Shown here: positions 29,590 to 37,110 of the stretch, piece by piece | Numbering within the stretch: the stretch's first letter is position 1 | Layout of the letters: every line of letters begins with the position of its first letter | Origin: Oscillospiraceae bacterium | GTDB lineage: Bacteria > Bacillota > Clostridia > Oscillospirales > CAG-382 | DNA length: 64,000 nucleotides | Direction of reading: 5' to 3' | Assembly (NCBI GenBank): GCA_015064625.1 | Contig: SVRW01000002.1 | Span: 47,987-111,986 of the forward strand | The notes under the pieces: model-generated | The model's database searches: none | Told to the model about the DNA's origin: nothing | What the model saw: only the letters and a program-made list of their open reading frames with translations | Translations under genes and position numbers: made by a program

Positions 29590-30933
29590 TTACGCAAAAT
29601 GTTTAAATGCGCGTCTGAAGCCAGCTTCTTCTGCTTCTTTTACAGTCATAGCAAAAAACTCTCCAGGTGCATCGATTTTTGTAGCATCATATTGCTGATC
29701 AAAGGGAAGATGATATATTTTTGTTTTTTCTCCTGCTTCGCCTTTACCTATATTACATTTAATGCAAGGATATTCCCCTTTGGCGTAATTTGTTTTATGT
29801 TTTATTTTTAGAAAGTCTGCCATTTTTAATGCTGTTTCAGAAAGTTTTGTGTTTGTAACAAGAACGCCTGTAACGTTTTTAACATCAATGTTTTTCTCTA
29901 TACAGTAACTAATCATAGTTCCATAGAGTTGGGCTATATGTTTTTCGTGTATTGTTTTTTCTTGACTCCAATATTTACATTGAACAATAAGTGTTTTATT
30001 ATCTTTTCTTGCAATTAGATCTCTTCCTAAATCCTCTAATCCCATATAAGATCCGAAATAATCTACGGAATATCCTTGCTGTGAATATTGATATCCCACA
30101 TATAGTTCATAATCTCTCCCTATTTGCCATTTCGTTTTGTTGTGAGATTCTTTGTATCTGTCAAGGGCGAGTTGATTTCGTTCAATGCTACTAAGATTTT
30201 TATATTCTTCCTTGCTGAGCCAATCTCTTGTTCGGTCATATTCAGATATTTTGGTTGCGTCAATTATCGGAAGATCTTTGTAGTCTGTTTCGATAACGTC
30301 GTTGAGCGAAGGAAAAAGATTTAAAAGATATTCCAACTGATACTTTGCTTCAAGATTTTTTTCTACCATTGCTTTCGCGTCTTGCCTGATCTCGCGTATA
30401 GACTTGACTTTTTCAAGCCTTTTGATTGCTCTACCCCAGTCTAAATTGCACGCAAGAATTTCCAGGGAATGAGTTTCGTAATCTGAAATTATAGATGCCA
30501 TATATGGAATTGCAGTTAAATTTGATTTAGTAGATTCGAAAAAGCGAATTTGTTCTCTAAGCATGTTGATTTCTTTTTCAAGAGATTCTTTCTCATGCTT
30601 AAATTGTATAGAATATTTTTGTGAAAGAACTTCTATTTCCTTCTTTAACGCTTTTTTTTCTTCGTTATGATAGTAATTGGAAAAAACATGGGAGGCATCC
30701 AGAAATCCTTTTAGTTCTCTAAGTTTGCTTTCAAGGTTTTTTATTTTTACTTTGGAGTGGTCGAGTTGTGCTTTAAGGGAATTATTGTTCTCGTTAAGGC
30801 GAGAAAGCTGATTTTGGAGATTTTTGTTCGTTCTATTCAATTGTGCAATCTCTTTTTCTGTGCCTCTATTAACAAGGGTTTTAAGAAACATGAATATACA
30901 TATAATTGATAAAGCAATGAGTGCTTCTTTCAT
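29590..30933 (-). CDS. Membrane-anchored coiled-coil protein with a C-terminal Mrr-cat-type restriction endonuclease domain
   Basis: N-terminal TM helix (ALIALSIICIFMFL), then about 200 aa of heptad-rich sequence. The nuclease core is GRDYELYVGYQY...GLEDLGRDLIARKDNKTLIVQCKYW (D...D/E-x-K). The C-terminal tail is IYHLPFDQQY...AEEAGFRRA. Confidence 0.65.
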   Translation of the reverse strand: MKEALIALSIICIFMFLKTLVNRGTEKEIAQLNRTNKNLQNQLSRLNENNNSLKAQLDHSKVKIKNLESKLRELKGFLDASHVFSNYYHNEEKKALKKEIEVLSQKYSIQFKHEKESLEKEINMLREQIRFFESTKSNLTAIPYMASIISDYETHSLEILACNLDWGRAIKRLEKVKSIREIRQDAKAMVEKNLEAKYQLEYLLNLFPSLNDVIETDYKDLPIIDATKISEYDRTRDWLSKEEYKNLSSIERNQLALDRYKESHNKTKWQIGRDYELYVGYQYSQQGYSVDYFGSYMGLEDLGRDLIARKDNKTLIVQCKYWSQEKTIHEKHIAQLYGTMISYCIEKNIDVKNVTGVLVTNTKLSETALKMADFLKIKHKTNYAKGEYPCIKCNIGKGEAGEKTKIYHLPFDQQYDATKIDAPGEFFAMTVKEAEEAGFRRAFKHFA

Positions 30934-30945
30934 TAGGTGAGTCCC

Positions 30946-31572
30946 CTACTCTATATCGTATTTTCCGGATAAGACTTTGCCGAGAATACGAACTCGGTCA
31001 AGCTCAGCTCCTTGGAATCGTGTTGGCTTATATAAAGGATTTTCGGGTACGAGGGTGAGGATTTTGTTTTCTCTGTCAAAATAGATTCGTTTTACGGTTG
31101 CTGAATCGTCTATAAGAACTACGGCGATTTCGCCATTTTCTACAGTGGGTTGGGAACGGATAAACAAAATATCTCCTTCAAAGATTCGTGCATTTATCAT
31201 GCTATCTCCTTGTGCGGTGAGACAAAAATCAGCGTGGATATTATCATCCTCGTCAACATATACTTCGTGGAGTTCTTCAGCGAAGATCGGCTCTCCACAC
31301 GCTACGTTCCCAAGGAGGGGGAATCGTTTCACTGATAGAGGACGAAAATTGTCAGGAATTGTTGGGTCGGGTTCTTCCCAGCCCATAAGATATGCGGGAG
31401 TTGTTTTTAAGGCGTTGGCGATGGGAATTAAAACATCAACAGGGAGCTTTTCAATGTCCCCCTTTTCATATCTGAAAATAGTAGATCTATCTTTTCCGAT
31501 GAGTGCGCCCAATTCCTCTGCAGTAATATTTAGTTCTTTTCTTCGTCTCTTAATGCGTTCTCCGACTGTCAT
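30946..31572 (-). CDS. Phage CI/LexA-like repressor (XRE HTH plus S24 peptidase)
   Basis: HTH is GERIKRRRKELNITAEELGALIGKDRSTIFRYEKG. Autocleavage elements are VACGEP, GDSM (Ser) and VKR (Lys). ATG 31572 is preferred over the ORF opening at 31626. Confidence 0.85.
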   Translation of the reverse strand: MTVGERIKRRRKELNITAEELGALIGKDRSTIFRYEKGDIEKLPVDVLIPIANALKTTPAYLMGWEEPDPTIPDNFRPLSVKRFPLLGNVACGEPIFAEELHEVYVDEDDNIHADFCLTAQGDSMINARIFEGDILFIRSQPTVENGEIAVVLIDDSATVKRIYFDRENKILTLVPENPLYKPTRFQGAELDRVRILGKVLSGKYDIE

Positions 31573-31621
31573 TTTTCTACCTCCCCATAAATAGTATTTT
31601 TGATAATTATATAAATAGTGG

Positions 31622-31705
31622 TGCAAAAATGCAATACTAAAATATTAACAAATTGTAAATGTTGCAAAAATGCAAAAAAGCAGCTTGACAAATCGCATTT
31701 TTGCG
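31622..31705. promoter_or_regulatory. Operator array of the CI/Cro switch
   Basis: TGCAAAAATGCA occurs at 31622-31633 and 31663-31674. The inverted variant CGCATTTTTGCG is at 31694-31705, inside the rightward promoter spacer. Confidence 0.6.
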
Positions 31706-31712
31706 GTATAAT
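31685..31712 (+). promoter_or_regulatory. Rightward (Cro-side) sigma-A promoter
   Basis: TTGACA (31685-31690), 16-bp spacer, TATAAT (31707-31712). Confidence 0.65.
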
Positions 31713-31750
31713 GAAATAAAAATCGCATAAACGCAACAAAGGAGAGAGAA

Positions 31751-31954
31751 ATGGAAAAGGAATCATTGACTGAGCTCATCAATAAGAGCGAGAGAACTCG
31801 TGAGGCGTTGGCAGAAATGCTATCAATAGACCGAGCAACATTGTATCGTAAGATGAAAGACCCACAAAAATTCACTGTAGGAGAGGCTCGAAAACTTAAA
31901 GAGCAATTAAATCTTACACAAGCTCAGGCTTCGTATGTTTTTTTTGGGGATTGA
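31751..31954 (+). CDS. Small Cro-like HTH protein
   Basis: 67 aa, divergent from the repressor. HTH is RTREALAEMLSIDRATLYRKMKD. AAGGAG RBS. Confidence 0.65.
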   Translation: MEKESLTELINKSERTREALAEMLSIDRATLYRKMKDPQKFTVGEARKLKEQLNLTQAQASYVFFGD

Positions 31955-32024
31955 GTCGCATTTGTGCAAATTTAAAAAATAAAAAAATCTCCTGCAGGAG
32001 CAGGAGGAGATAAGGGAGGATGTT

Positions 32025-32498
32025 ATGGTTAACCCTAAAAAGCCAGAGGGTGTAGAGTTTTCAATAGAAGACTGTATTGCTGTGCTTGAAAACATAAAAG
32101 GACGTGCAAAGCATTATGACGAGATGTATCCGCACTTTCCCAAGGAATATTGCGAGGAACTTGCAGGGATGGATTGTTTAGTAATAGATACGGTTATTTC
32201 AGTACTTCGAAAAACCAAAAAAGAGCTGGCGATTGCCAACTCCATAGAGGTATTAACGCATTTGAGTTCTATTTTGAGGAAGGACGGATCCGTTGACGAA
32301 TGCTTCGGCGGTTGGCTTTCGTATTATCCTTCGATTAAGAATCCGTCATTTGCGGTAAGGTATGAATACGCGTCTGAGCTTAAGTTTGTTATGGAGTATT
32401 TAGCGGACGAAAGAGAAGAAGCGGAAAAGGTTTTGAACGTTGCCGACTCCATAGATATATTAGCTGATTTAAGTACCGCTCAGAAAGGAAAGAAATGA
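32025..32498 (+). CDS. Hypothetical phage protein
   Basis: GGGAGG RBS. 157 aa. No motif recognised. Confidence 0.5.
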   Translation: MVNPKKPEGVEFSIEDCIAVLENIKGRAKHYDEMYPHFPKEYCEELAGMDCLVIDTVISVLRKTKKELAIANSIEVLTHLSSILRKDGSVDECFGGWLSYYPSIKNPSFAVRYEYASELKFVMEYLADEREEAEKVLNVADSIDILADLSTAQKGKK

Positions 32499-32806
32499 AT
32501 ACATATAAACTCAATCTTCAGCATTTTGCTGAACCCAACACCAACGTAACCACCGACTCCGGTTTGTCAGTGGAGATGAAAACTCTGTATGACGATGCGC
32601 TCATTGATGAAGCGAGCCCTATGCTCGTACATGATCAATTTGGTCAGAAAAGACCTATTCCCAAAGGAAAAGGCAAAAAAATAGAATTCAGAAAATATGC
32701 TTCTCTTCCCAAAGCAACCACGCCTTTAACCGAAGGTGTTACCCCTAACGGAAGCAAATTGTCCGTTACAGCTATTGAAGCTGAGGTAACCCTAAATATT
32801 TTGTAG
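32495..32806 (+). pseudogene. Truncated phage major capsid protein (N4-gp56-like), N-terminal ~100 aa only
   Basis: LNLQHFAE... LIDEASPMLVHDQFGQKRPIPKGKGKKIEFRKYASLPKATTPLTEGVTPNG is the conserved capsid N-terminus. The ORF stops where homologues continue for more than 200 aa. Confidence 0.65.
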
Positions 32807-32808
32807 AT

Positions 32809-34095
32809 TTGAGAAGATTTTTCAATCTATCGAAAAAAATACCTTTGAGAGCGTACAGGGCGCTTAATGCGGATTGGGAAGAAGCGAAGAAATACGCTCC
32901 CATTGCATTGGTTAAAGAATACGGAGGATTTGACGTTGGTTCGAGCAACGGAAGCAAGAATCTTTTTAGACCCAAAAAACGTTCCGAAAAGTTTTCGGAT
33001 ATAATTGGCGGTTTCCCCGGTTTTATGGATAAGGTGGGCTGGACATCGATTTGGCGAGCGGTCAGACGGGAAGTAGCAGAAGATCACAAGGTAAATGCCA
33101 AGGATATAAACGAGGCGTTCATGGAAAAATACGGTCAAGAATGTGCAGATCGTTTCACGGAAATTATACATAAGTCTCAGGTATATGACTCTGTGTTCTC
33201 GCGCAGTGAGTTAATGCGGTCAAAGTCACAAGCTGCGCAGATATTAACGATGTTCAAGGGCGAATCCACCAAGATATTGACGATGACGTGGACGACCTAT
33301 ATAGAAGCTCTCAGACTTAAAAAAAGCGAAGGTATTATAGCTGCTTCGAAAAAAATCGTATCGTTTGTTGCTGCGTTTACTTTGTCACAGGCGCTTAACT
33401 CTGCTCTCAAGTCTTTGGTTAATGCGGGTATGGATGACGACGAGGACGAAACGTGGACAGAGAAATATATTCAAGCTTTTGCGGATGATTTCGATTCAAA
33501 CACGGGAATAGATGGATTTTTACAGCTGTTCCCCGGAATAAGCGAATTGGTTTCAAAATGGAACGGATACAGGCTTAAAAGAATTGAATTCGCATTGTTT
33601 GAAAATCTTATAGATTCCATCCAAGGTTTTGACAACGAGCGTAAATCCGAAACAGAGAAATGGATGGATCTCGCCTTCTCTGTGTCGGCTTTGTTAGGTT
33701 TCCCTGCGGAGAACGTATACAAAGATACCCAAGGTATAGCCAACTCGGTTCAGACGATAATAAAAGACGTTGCCAACAAAGACGAAACAACGTTTGCGGA
33801 AGCGAAGGATGCCTTTATGGAAGGCTGGACAGGCGAAGATCAATCAAAAAAAGAACCTAAGGAAAGCTATTCTGAAAGGGCTTATGCAATTATTGCGGAA
33901 TTTGAGGAAGGCAACAACGAAGAGGCGAAGAAAAGAATAAAGTCTTTAGTTGATGATAAGAGAAAAGCACGAAAAGGACCAAAAGGGAATCCAAGAAGAA
34001 CAAACGTTGATCATCTATGGGCTACTTGCCTGCCTCAAGGGGTTGAAAGAGCAGGGCTGCAACGGACCTGTCACGGAAGCTATAGGAAAAATTGA
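32809..34095 (+). pseudogene. Phage structural/head-associated protein fragment with no credible start
   Basis: The frame opens only with a TTG 2 nt after the truncated capsid ORF and has no RBS. The charged C-terminus looks frame-disturbed. Confidence 0.4.
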
Positions 34096-34141
34096 AAAAC
34101 ATCTTAATCAGAAAGCACACAAAAGCTAAGGAGGTGGTCAT

Positions 34142-34537
34142 ATGTCATACGATATTGAACTGAAAAATCAAACGGGAGAATCGATTATATACAATGAAAT
34201 TGGAGAGATATCGATTCCGCTCGCTGACAAATCAGGAGAGGGAACTTTTGCTGCACGACATACGGTAACTTATGATTTACATGAACAGTTTCAAAAGCAA
34301 GGTGGAGACACATGCGCATTCGGGGTTGACTTTGTGGCTGTTATTTATACAGAAGGGACTGTTCTCATTCCTGGTGATGCAGGAATTGAAGTCTACATAG
34401 GAGGTGCAATGATTACTTTGTTTGAGGATTCAACAGCGACTGATAGTGCGACAATAAAAAGAAGCACTAATCAGCTGATTATTAAGCTGCCCGGTAATAT
34501 TATAACGGGAGATGTTTTAATAAGCGTGGAGGTGTGA
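34142..34537 (+). CDS. Hypothetical phage protein
   Basis: AAGGAGG RBS. 131 aa. Coupled to the amidase gene. Confidence 0.5.
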   Translation: MSYDIELKNQTGESIIYNEIGEISIPLADKSGEGTFAARHTVTYDLHEQFQKQGGDTCAFGVDFVAVIYTEGTVLIPGDAGIEVYIGGAMITLFEDSTATDSATIKRSTNQLIIKLPGNIITGDVLISVEV

Positions 34538-34538
34538 T

Positions 34539-35405
34539 ATGATAATAACCATTGATGCAGGTCATACGAAAAATACGAACGCAGGGATTATAAAAGGGTA
34601 TTACGAGGGCAACGCCATGTTTATCCTTGCCAACTACTTGCGTGAGGAATTGTTGAGATACAAGGACGTTGGGGTTGTCCTCACGAGAGACGAAGACGAT
34701 AACCCCACGCTTTCCGACCGTGGAAGCCTCGCTATAAACAGCAAAAGTAAAATCTTCATTTCCCTTCATTCCAACGCAGTAAGTAATGCTGAATCTGCCG
34801 CCTACGTTTGCGGATTTTACAGCGTTAAAAGGGAAGTTTCAAAGGAACTTTGTCAAAAACTTGTTTCTGCGGTAACTGACGTCATGAAAGAAGAAACGGA
34901 CGCCTGGAACAGAGGCGCACTTACGAAGAAAAATTCCGCAGGGTCAGATTATTACGGAGTTATCAGAAGCTCTGTTGCGGGTAAAAGCGAAGTGGAATAT
35001 TCCTTTATTATAGAACACGGTTTTCATACAAACAAAAAAGAATGTGAATTCTTGATGGATGATAAAAACCTTCGGAAAATAGCAGAAGCAGAAGTGAAGG
35101 TTTTGGCAGAGTATTTCGATTTGAAACTACGAAATGCTAAGATATATAACGTTGAAATCGGTCCTTTTAAAGGAGAAACCAGGGCTGAGGAAGTGGTTGA
35201 AAAGGTTAAGCAAGCGGGTTTTTCAAATGCTCGCATAATCGAAGCAGCCACGCTAAAGACTGTGGAAGATTTCGCCAAAGAAATCATTGACGGAAAATGG
35301 GGACTGGGACATGCTATGAGAGAAGCGAAATTGAAAGAAGCAGGATGGCTTGAGCTCTATACATATGAAGAAATAAGAATCAAAGTAAATGAGATTTACA
35401 AATAG
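34539..35405 (+). CDS. N-acetylmuramoyl-L-alanine amidase (Amidase_3) endolysin with a C-terminal binding region
   Basis: IDAGHTKN, SLHSNA and IIEHGFHTN zinc-ligand motifs. A SPOR-like segment YNVEIGPFKGETRAEEVVEKVKQAGF. Confidence 0.8.
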   Translation: MIITIDAGHTKNTNAGIIKGYYEGNAMFILANYLREELLRYKDVGVVLTRDEDDNPTLSDRGSLAINSKSKIFISLHSNAVSNAESAAYVCGFYSVKREVSKELCQKLVSAVTDVMKEETDAWNRGALTKKNSAGSDYYGVIRSSVAGKSEVEYSFIIEHGFHTNKKECEFLMDDKNLRKIAEAEVKVLAEYFDLKLRNAKIYNVEIGPFKGETRAEEVVEKVKQAGFSNARIIEAATLKTVEDFAKEIIDGKWGLGHAMREAKLKEAGWLELYTYEEIRIKVNEIYK

Positions 35406-35417
35406 GAGGAAAAGGAT

Positions 35418-35675
35418 ATGGAAATGTTAAACGGTTATATTGTGCCTGTGACCCTTGTAGTATGCTTGTGCGTTGGGTACATAGTCAAACACTATATCCC
35501 AACGGATAAAATCAACAAGTTTATCCCGTTAATTGTTGGATTGCTTGGTGTGATCATTACAGCATGGAATTCAGATTGGGTAATCAATCCTGATATTCTT
35601 GCAATTGGCTTGGTGAGTGGGCTCGCGTCAACGGGACTGCACGAGTTGTTCAGACAATTTATAGACAAGAACTAA
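35418..35675 (+). CDS. Phage holin
   Basis: 85 aa with two TM helices, directly after the endolysin. AGGAGG RBS. Confidence 0.65.
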   Translation: MEMLNGYIVPVTLVVCLCVGYIVKHYIPTDKINKFIPLIVGLLGVIITAWNSDWVINPDILAIGLVSGLASTGLHELFRQFIDKN

Positions 35676-35683
35676 GGAAAATA

Positions 35684-35711
35684 TTGCTTTTGGTGAAAAA
35701 TATGGTATAAT
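35684..35711 (+). promoter_or_regulatory. Outward-facing promoter-like element at the right end of the element
   Basis: TTGCTT (35684-35689), 16-bp spacer, TGgTATAAT (35703-35711). It points across attR, antisense to cotJC/cotJB. Confidence 0.45.
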
Positions 35712-35739
35712 GAATGTCAAATAGCATTGTGTGAAATGA

Positions 35740-35767
35740 ATTATAATAAAAAGCCGTCAGGACCACC
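35740..35767. repeat. Right attachment junction (attR-like): 19-bp element arm plus 14-bp core
   Basis: ATTATAATAAAAAGCCGTC (35740-35758) is the reverse complement of 27149-27167. The core CCGTCAGGACCACC is at 35754-35767. Confidence 0.85.
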
Positions 35768-35854
35768 GAGCTGACTCATGATGAGTTTCGCCATTGCTGG
35801 GTCGGGATTTTTAATGTTTACAGGGTATTGAAGTTTTTTATCGTATGTCCACAT
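35741..35854 (-). pseudogene. cotJC: cotJC 5' segment (codons 1-34), running into element DNA and stopping after 3 foreign codons
   Basis: MWTYDKKLQYPVNIKNPDPAMAKLIMSQLGGPDG|FLL*. This matches the B. subtilis CotJC N-terminus (MWVYEKKLQYPV...). The ATG is 1 nt after the cotJB stop. Confidence 0.9.
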
Positions 35855-35855
35855 A

Positions 35856-36098
35856 TTAGTATACCTCCCAAGGCCAAGGCTGATTTATCCAACTCCACGA
35901 ATCCCCTTTTACTTCACCTGCGGTGAGAGGGCCGTATTTTGATGTGAATTCATCGTAAGCGGCTTTTACCTGGCTTTGCATATTTTTGTAATATTCCATA
36001 GCCTGCGTGCAATTTGGATGTCCGTCTAAATATAAAACTGTTTCGTGTAGTGCAAACTGTAATGCTTGAAGCTTTCTTAAATCCTTTGCTCTGTTCAT
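35856..36098 (-). CDS. cotJB: Spore coat protein CotJB
   Basis: LRKLQALQFALHETVLYLDGHPNC..A..YY is the CotJB signature. 80 aa. Overlaps cotJA by 4 nt. Confidence 0.85.
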   Translation of the reverse strand: MNRAKDLRKLQALQFALHETVLYLDGHPNCTQAMEYYKNMQSQVKAAYDEFTSKYGPLTAGEVKGDSWSWINQPWPWEVY

Positions 36099-36322
36099 CT
36101 TCTGTGCCCCTTTCCATATCCTAAAAAAGGTTTATCCAAGTCTGCAAAAAGCGTTCCCGCACCAAAAGCATCATCTACGTCATAGATGTTCTGCCAACGC
36201 TGAAAAGGAACGTACGCCATTGCAAGAGATATGTTTTCAGGGAAAAGGGATGCGCTGTCGTTTTGAACTTCCCTTGGGTTTCTGCAAAAATTGCAGAAAA
36301 CTTCTTCTTCGTGTTTGAGCAT
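36095..36322 (-). CDS. cotJA: Spore coat-associated protein CotJA
   Basis: AMAYVPFQRWQNIYDVDDAFGAGTLFADLDKPF is the CotJA core. The start codon is uncertain because there is no clear RBS. Confidence 0.75.
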   Translation of the reverse strand: MLKHEEEVFCNFCRNPREVQNDSASLFPENISLAMAYVPFQRWQNIYDVDDAFGAGTLFADLDKPFLGYGKGHRR

Positions 36323-36495
36323 CGCATTTTCGCAAAAACAGTATTCCGTTTTTGCTTTTTCTCCTTGTTTATTTGAAAACCGTCAAATTTCTTCGTCGGC
36401 TTCAATATCATTATATGTAAGATGTAGGAGATTGTGCGTTGATATTGAGATGAAAAACAGCCCACGTTGTGAGCTGTTTTAAGGTGTTATGATTA

Positions 36496-37086
36496 TTACT
36501 CTTTACCGGAAAGTTTTGCATAAAAATGGGAAGTAAACGCGGATGCGATACAGAAAAAGGCGGAAAGTGTGATTCCCCATATGAAGTGCTTAATGCTTTG
36601 TATGGATGAAAGTTCGTAATGTAACCAACCCCAAACGTATGCGATGAGTGTAATTGAAAAAGTGATAAATGATGAAAAGGCGGAAAAAGCTTTTTTTGAG
36701 GAATAAAGCCTTACAAAATACCAATTTACAAGAGAAAGCATAAATCCTGTGGCGGGAATAACGAGATTAAGCGCCCATAGTCCGTTTACAAGCCCTGTAG
36801 GTGTGGCGGCTTCTTCACGAACTCCGAAGGCGATGAGAACAAAGGATAAAAACATTACTACAGACTGCAGAATAGATGCTTTCCACAAATTTATTTTGGT
36901 TGTTTTTTTCTTGGATTCAATTTTTTGAGGATTGTTATACTTTTCGCTCCATTTGCACATCCTTTCATAATCCATATTGCAATCTTTACATGATTTTAAA
37001 TGTTTTTCAACTTCCACAGTCGTTTCTTCAGAACAGCATTTGTCAATATACAAGGGGATAAGGTCTTTAATAACATTACAATCCAT
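36496..37086 (-). CDS. Anti-sigma factor (zf-HC2) membrane protein
   Basis: The N-terminus MDCNVIKDLIPLYIDKCCSEETTVEVEKHLKSCKDCN has the H-x3-C-x2-C motif. It has 4-5 TM helices and lies downstream of the ECF sigma gene. Confidence 0.75.
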   Translation of the reverse strand: MDCNVIKDLIPLYIDKCCSEETTVEVEKHLKSCKDCNMDYERMCKWSEKYNNPQKIESKKKTTKINLWKASILQSVVMFLSFVLIAFGVREEAATPTGLVNGLWALNLVIPATGFMLSLVNWYFVRLYSSKKAFSAFSSFITFSITLIAYVWGWLHYELSSIQSIKHFIWGITLSAFFCIASAFTSHFYAKLSGKE

Positions 37087-37110
37087 TTAATAATACCTCT
37101 TTTCTTTAAT

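Larger units (their letters stand above)
27148..35753. mobile_element. 8.6-kb phage-derived intervening element (degenerate prophage) inserted in cotJC
   Basis: Bounded by the 14-bp direct repeat. Contains a serine recombinase, a CI/Cro switch, a truncated capsid gene, an amidase and a holin. No terminase, portal or tail genes. Confidence 0.85.

Noticed and set aside
32809-34095. Intact 428-aa phage gene
   Set aside because: The only start is a TTG immediately after the truncated capsid ORF, with no RBS. The C-terminal ~40 aa are Arg/Pro-rich and look out of frame. It is treated as a fragment.
36323-36495. Sigma-E or sigma-K type promoter upstream of cotJA
   Set aside because: On the minus strand, CATATAAT and CAATATC-like elements exist, but their spacing (about 23 nt) does not fit the sigma-E consensus as I recall it. 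There is not enough evidence to call a feature.
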